Assembly (NCBI RefSeq): GCF_900095195.1
Contig: NZ_LT606950.1
Span: 180,001-212,000 of the forward strand
DNA length: 32,000 nucleotides
Direction: 5' to 3'
From: Polynucleobacter necessarius
Lineage (GTDB): Bacteria > Pseudomonadota > Gammaproteobacteria > Burkholderiales > Burkholderiaceae
The notes beneath the pieces were generated by a model, which saw nothing but the letters and a program-made list of their open reading frames with translations, made no database searches and was not told the DNA's origin. Of the stretch, positions 27,448-32,000 are shown one piece after another. Numbering within the stretch: position 1 is the first letter of the stretch; every line of letters begins with the position of its first letter. Made by a program: the position numbers and the translations under genes.

Positions 27448-28101
27448 TTAGCGGCCTGTTTGACGTTGCAAGATATTGGTGAACTCTTCAATGAAGGTTT
27501 CAAAACGAATCGCCAAACGATCCACATCGGTTGCTGCGTGGTTATAAGCCACTACCGCAGAAATTGCTGCAAACAAGCCGATGGCAGTTGCAATCAATGC
27601 TTCTGCAATACCAGGGGCCACTGCTGAGAGAGTGGCATTTTGCACATTAGCTAAACCGCGAAATGAATGCATGATTCCCCACACGGTTCCGAAAAGGCCG
27701 ATGTAGGGTGAAACCGAACCAACAGAAGCTAAAAACGGCAGATTCGCTTCCAGGGCATCCATCTCTCGTTGATAGGTTGCTTTCATGGCTCTGCGCGCAG
27801 CATCAATTTCACGAACTTTCATGAACTCTTGCATGCCCGCTTCAAAGATGTGCTCCAAAACAGCGTCGCTACGAGTATTGCGTTGAGCGGACTCTAAAAG
27901 GGTATTGAGGTCGCCCCCAGACCAAAAATCACGCTCAAAACGGTCTGTATCTTGGCGAACGCCCCGCAAAATGGCTGTTTTCTTAAAAATGATGGTCCAA
28001 GAGGCGATAGACATGCCCAGCAATAACACCATTGCTAACTGGACTAATAGGCTGGCATTGAGGGCTAGGGAGAGGAATGAGAGGTCTTGAGTGGTAGTCA
28101 T
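27448..28101 (-). CDS. tolQ: Tol-Pal system protein TolQ (MotA/ExbB family)
   Basis: LASVGSVSPYIGLFGTVWGIMHSF and APGIAEALIATAIGLFAAI motifs. The ORF opens at 28149; the ATG at 28101 (MTTTQDLSFL) is the likely start. Confidence 0.9.
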   Translation of the reverse strand: MTTTQDLSFLSLALNASLLVQLAMVLLLGMSIASWTIIFKKTAILRGVRQDTDRFERDFWSGGDLNTLLESAQRNTRSDAVLEHIFEAGMQEFMKVREIDAARRAMKATYQREMDALEANLPFLASVGSVSPYIGLFGTVWGIMHSFRGLANVQNATLSAVAPGIAEALIATAIGLFAAISAVVAYNHAATDVDRLAIRFETFIEEFTNILQRQTGR

Positions 28102-28172
28102 GGTGGATTTTGTATGATGTAGGTTAATTTTACTTACTTCATTACGCAATCCAACCCCCTAGGATTTTTACC

Positions 28173-29417
28173 ATGTTTGACCGTCAGAACACTCTAGCCA
28201 AAACCGATCCCCAATTATGGGAAGCCATTCAGAAAGAAAATCAGCGTCAGGAAGACCATATTGAGCTGATTGCCTCCGAAAACTACACTTCACCAGCAGT
28301 GATGGCTGCTCAAGGGTCGCAATTGACCAATAAATATGCGGAAGGATATCCAGGCAAGCGTTATTACAATGGCTGTGAATTTGTTGACGTTGCTGAGCAG
28401 TTGGCGATTGATCGCGTAAAGGCTCTGTTTGGTGCGGAGGCGGCTAATGTGCAGCCTCATTGCGGAGCATCTGCAAATCAGGCAGTGTTCTTGGCATTCT
28501 TAAAACCAGGCGACACATTCATGGGGATGAGTTTGGCTGAGGGTGGTCACTTAACACACGGCATGGCATTGAACATGAGTGGCAAATGGTTTAACCTGAT
28601 TGCATACGGTCTCGATAAAAATGAAGAAATCGATTACGAGCAAATGGGACGTTTAGCTCGTGAGCACAAACCGAAACTCATTATTGCTGGTGCATCTGCA
28701 TACTCTAAGAAAATTGATTTCGAGCGAATTGGCAAATTGGCCAAAGAAGTGGGCGCGATTTTTATGGTGGATATGGCGCACTATGCAGGCTTGGTCGCGG
28801 CGGGTGTTTACCCAAACCCTGTACCTCATGCAGACATTGTCACCTCTACAACCCATAAGAGCTTGCGTGGCCCGCGCGGCGGCATCATTCTGATGAAAGC
28901 CGAGCATGAGAAAGCGATTAACTCAGCAGTCTTCCCAGGCTTGCAGGGCGGCCCTTTAATGCATGTGATCGCTGCCAAAGCAGTAGCGTTCAAAGAAGCG
29001 CAAGAGCCAGCATTTAAAGACTACCAAAAGCAAGTAGTTGCCAATGCCAAAGCGTTAGCAGAGACATTGATTTCTCGTGGCTTACGGATTGTCTCTGGCG
29101 GAACAGATTCGCATGTGATGTTGGTAGATTTGCGCGCTAAGAAAATGACAGGTAAAGAAGCGGAGCGCGTTTTGGGTGAAGCGCATATTACTTGTAATAA
29201 AAACGGCATTCCAAATGACTCAGAAAAACCGATGGTGACCAGCGGTATTCGTTTGGGTTCACCTGCCATGACAACGCGCGGCTTTAAGGAAGCAGAAGCA
29301 AGACAGGTCGGCAATTTTATTGCGGATGTATTGGATAACCCGAATGATCCAGACAGTATTGCTAAAGTGCGCGCACAAGTTGCTGAGCTAACGAAACGTT
29401 TTCCTGTTTACGGCTAA
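28173..29417 (+). CDS. glyA: serine hydroxymethyltransferase
   Basis: [36 protein letters not shown] and [15 protein letters not shown] (PLP lysine) motifs. 414 aa. Confidence 0.97.
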   Translation: MFDRQNTLAKTDPQLWEAIQKENQRQEDHIELIASENYTSPAVMAAQGSQLTNKYAEGYPGKRYYNGCEFVDVAEQLAIDRVKALFGAEAANVQPHCGASANQAVFLAFLKPGDTFMGMSLAEGGHLTHGMALNMSGKWFNLIAYGLDKNEEIDYEQMGRLAREHKPKLIIAGASAYSKKIDFERIGKLAKEVGAIFMVDMAHYAGLVAAGVYPNPVPHADIVTSTTHKSLRGPRGGIILMKAEHEKAINSAVFPGLQGGPLMHVIAAKAVAFKEAQEPAFKDYQKQVVANAKALAETLISRGLRIVSGGTDSHVMLVDLRAKKMTGKEAERVLGEAHITCNKNGIPNDSEKPMVTSGIRLGSPAMTTRGFKEAEARQVGNFIADVLDNPNDPDSIAKVRAQVAELTKRFPVYG

Positions 29418-29458
29418 GTAGTCACCGCACCGAAGAATAAAAACGAAGCGAGCTCATC

Positions 29459-29905
29459 TTGCGCTGCCCTTTTTGCCATAACGACGATACCCAGGTTTTA
29501 GATACCAGGGTATCGGATGAGGGTGACACCATTCGTCGTCGCCGCCGTTGTGCAAAATGCGATAAGCGTTTTACTACCTATGAGCGCGTCGAGCTTCTTT
29601 TGCCGGCTATTGTTAAGAAAAACGGTAGTCGGGTCGAATATAGCCATGACAAGCTGGCTAGCTCACTGAAGCTGGCTCTGCGCAAGCGTCCGGTCTCTTC
29701 GGATTCGGTGGATGAGTCCATTGCTCGGATTGAAGAAAAGTTGCTTAGCTTAGGTGAAAAAGAAATTCCGAGTGAGCGTGTAGGTGAGTTGGTCATGCGC
29801 GAATTAAAGCGCCTTGATAAGGTGGCTTATATCCGTTTTGCTTCCGTCTATCGGAGCTTTGCTGACATTGAGTCTTTTGAGAGTGCCCTCAAAGAGTTGA
29901 AGTAG
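29459..29905 (+). CDS. nrdR: transcriptional repressor NrdR
   Basis: (TTG)[41 protein letters not shown] zinc ribbon plus ATP-cone. Conserved glyA-nrdR pairing. Confidence 0.95.
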   Translation: MRCPFCHNDDTQVLDTRVSDEGDTIRRRRRCAKCDKRFTTYERVELLLPAIVKKNGSRVEYSHDKLASSLKLALRKRPVSSDSVDESIARIEEKLLSLGEKEIPSERVGELVMRELKRLDKVAYIRFASVYRSFADIESFESALKELK

Positions 29906-29940
29906 TTCAGTAAGCAAATAACGGCGCGTTGTCGAACGCT

Positions 29941-30912
29941 TTATTGTGAATATTTCTTCGCTTGCTCGGCGCACATCATCGTAATCACGCCATCTACGTC
30001 GGCTGGCTTATTCCATTTCAAAGTTTTGATTGCCTTATCAGGATTGCCTACGCTCGTAATAATTTCATTTGGTCGAAAGAAGCTCGGCTCAATCTCAACA
30101 TATTGCTGCCAGTCAAGGTCAAAGTATTCGAATGCTTTCGCGACAAAATATTTCAGGGATTCTTGTCTTCCAGTGGCAATCACAAAATCATCAGGCTGAT
30201 CCAGTTGCATCATCAGCCACATTGCCTCAATGTACTCTGGTGCCCAGCCCCAATCTCGGGAAATATCTAAATTACCAAGCTGTAAGGTACTTAGCTGGCC
30301 CGCTTTGATTCGAGCTGCACCAGCGACGATCTTTTGCGTAACGAAACGTTCTGGACGCAAAGGGGACTCATGATTAAACAAGATCCCAGTGCACGCATGT
30401 AATCCATACGATTCGCGATAACTATTAATGAGCCACTTGGCGGTCGATTTTGCGACTGCATAGGGGCTGCGTGGTGCAAAGGGTGTTTGTTCGTTCGCTG
30501 GAGCGCTGCCAGTATCGCCAAAGCATTCACTGGAGCCCGCATTGTAAAAACGTACGGGTTTATTCAATAGTCGAATGACTTCTAGAATATTGAGGGCTCC
30601 AATGGCAATGCTCTCGATAGCCTCAACTGGCTGGTCAAATGACAGCCCTACAGAAGTTTGCCCAGCAAGGTTATAAATCTCATCGGGATCCACTTGCTGA
30701 ATCGCGTTAAAGACGCTTCGAAAGTCGTTAATCGATACCGAAAGAAGTTTGACTTGGGCGCGAATGCCCAATGCATTCAGATTTTCAAAAGAAGAGGCCA
30801 TCACATCGCGTGATGAACCTGTTACTTCATATCCTTTAGATAAGAGGTGCTTTGCTAAGTAAGCACCATCTTGTCCGGTAATGCCGATGATTAATGCTTT
30901 TTTGACAGCCAA
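29941..30912 (-). CDS. gmd: GDP-mannose 4,6-dehydratase (short form)
   Basis: ALIIGITGQDGAYLAKHLLSKGYEV, SSECFG, YAVAK (YxxxK), GILFNHESPLRPERFVTQKI. 323 aa. TTG start 1 nt after the adk stop. Confidence 0.85.
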   Translation of the reverse strand: MAVKKALIIGITGQDGAYLAKHLLSKGYEVTGSSRDVMASSFENLNALGIRAQVKLLSVSINDFRSVFNAIQQVDPDEIYNLAGQTSVGLSFDQPVEAIESIAIGALNILEVIRLLNKPVRFYNAGSSECFGDTGSAPANEQTPFAPRSPYAVAKSTAKWLINSYRESYGLHACTGILFNHESPLRPERFVTQKIVAGAARIKAGQLSTLQLGNLDISRDWGWAPEYIEAMWLMMQLDQPDDFVIATGRQESLKYFVAKAFEYFDLDWQQYVEIEPSFFRPNEIITSVGNPDKAIKTLKWNKPADVDGVITMMCAEQAKKYSQ

Positions 30913-30913
30913 T

Positions 30914-31642
<729 letters not shown>

Positions 31643-31682
31643 TTAGGATTATCCCCGAGAACCCTCAAATTCTTTGAAAAAT

Positions 31683-32000
31683 TCAGGGGTTTTTGAAAAG
31701 GCTGCGGATGCGTTCAAGATCTTCTGGTGTGTCTACCGCTGCAGGAGGGGCTATTGGCGTGGTATGAACTGCGATTCGGTAGCCATTCCAGAGCGCGCGT
31801 AGCTGCTCTAGGGCTTCCGCTTGCTCGGGCGGAGCCACCTCTAGTCCGGTGTAAGCCTCTAAAAAATCGGCTCGATAGGCATAGATGCCGAGGTGGCGGA
31901 AATAAACAGTTTTATCTGCTTGTTGCAAGCCACGCACAAAAGGGATTGGTGCTCTCGAAAAATAGAGCGCCTCACCGGATCGATTGAGCACCACCTTAAC
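31683..32000 (-). CDS. kdsB: 3-deoxy-manno-octulosonate cytidylyltransferase, 3' part (continues past the right edge)
   Basis: [14 protein letters not shown]...[17 protein letters not shown]...[20 protein letters not shown] is the KdsB C-terminal region. Conserved kdsB-adk adjacency. Confidence 0.85.
   Translation of the reverse strand, partial: VKVVLNRSGEALYFSRAPIPFVRGLQQADKTVYFRHLGIYAYRADFLEAYTGLEVAPPEQAEALEQLRALWNGYRIAVHTTPIAPPAAVDTPEDLERIRSLFKNP

Overview
Chromosomal segment from a low-GC, streamlined betaproteobacterium. Gene content and order look Burkholderiales or Polynucleobacter-like, but this is inference from memory and no search was possible. Left to right: a decayed photolyase; a DUF218 gene; yqgE-ruvX-pyrR-pyrB; two uncharacterised glycosyltransferase-like genes; rfbBDAC-waaC; a heavily decayed TolC-family gene; uppP; a DUF2721 gene; a frameshifted UDP-glucuronate decarboxylase; trmB; an internally deleted gabD; nusB-ribH-ribBA (minus strand); a cryptic decayed cluster of five prepilin-type genes; frameshifted ribD and ribE; a decayed Phd/YefM-RelE toxin-antitoxin pair; a truncated queC; the tol-pal cluster (cpoB-pal-tolB-tolA-tolR-tolQ, minus strand); glyA-nrdR; and gmd-adk-kdsB (minus strand). 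I saw no rRNA, tRNA, CRISPR array, IS element, integrase or prophage, and no convincing novel multi-gene defence-type system. The dominant signal is gene decay. About fifteen genes carry frameshifts, in-frame stops or large deletions, and they sit between intact housekeeping operons. This pattern fits a lineage undergoing reductive evolution, for example a host-restricted one. The points most worth follow-up are these: (1) ribD, ribE and ribBA are all disrupted while ribH and nusB are intact; (2) a five-gene prepilin/minor-pilin cluster is hidden under a misleading 257-aa ORF; (3) the tolB start region has a 15-bp tandem duplication plus a homopolymer frameshift; (4) two unknown glycosyltransferase-like genes lie between pyrB and rfbB. 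All product calls rest on motif and family recognition by eye, and all lesion calls on manual multi-frame translation.
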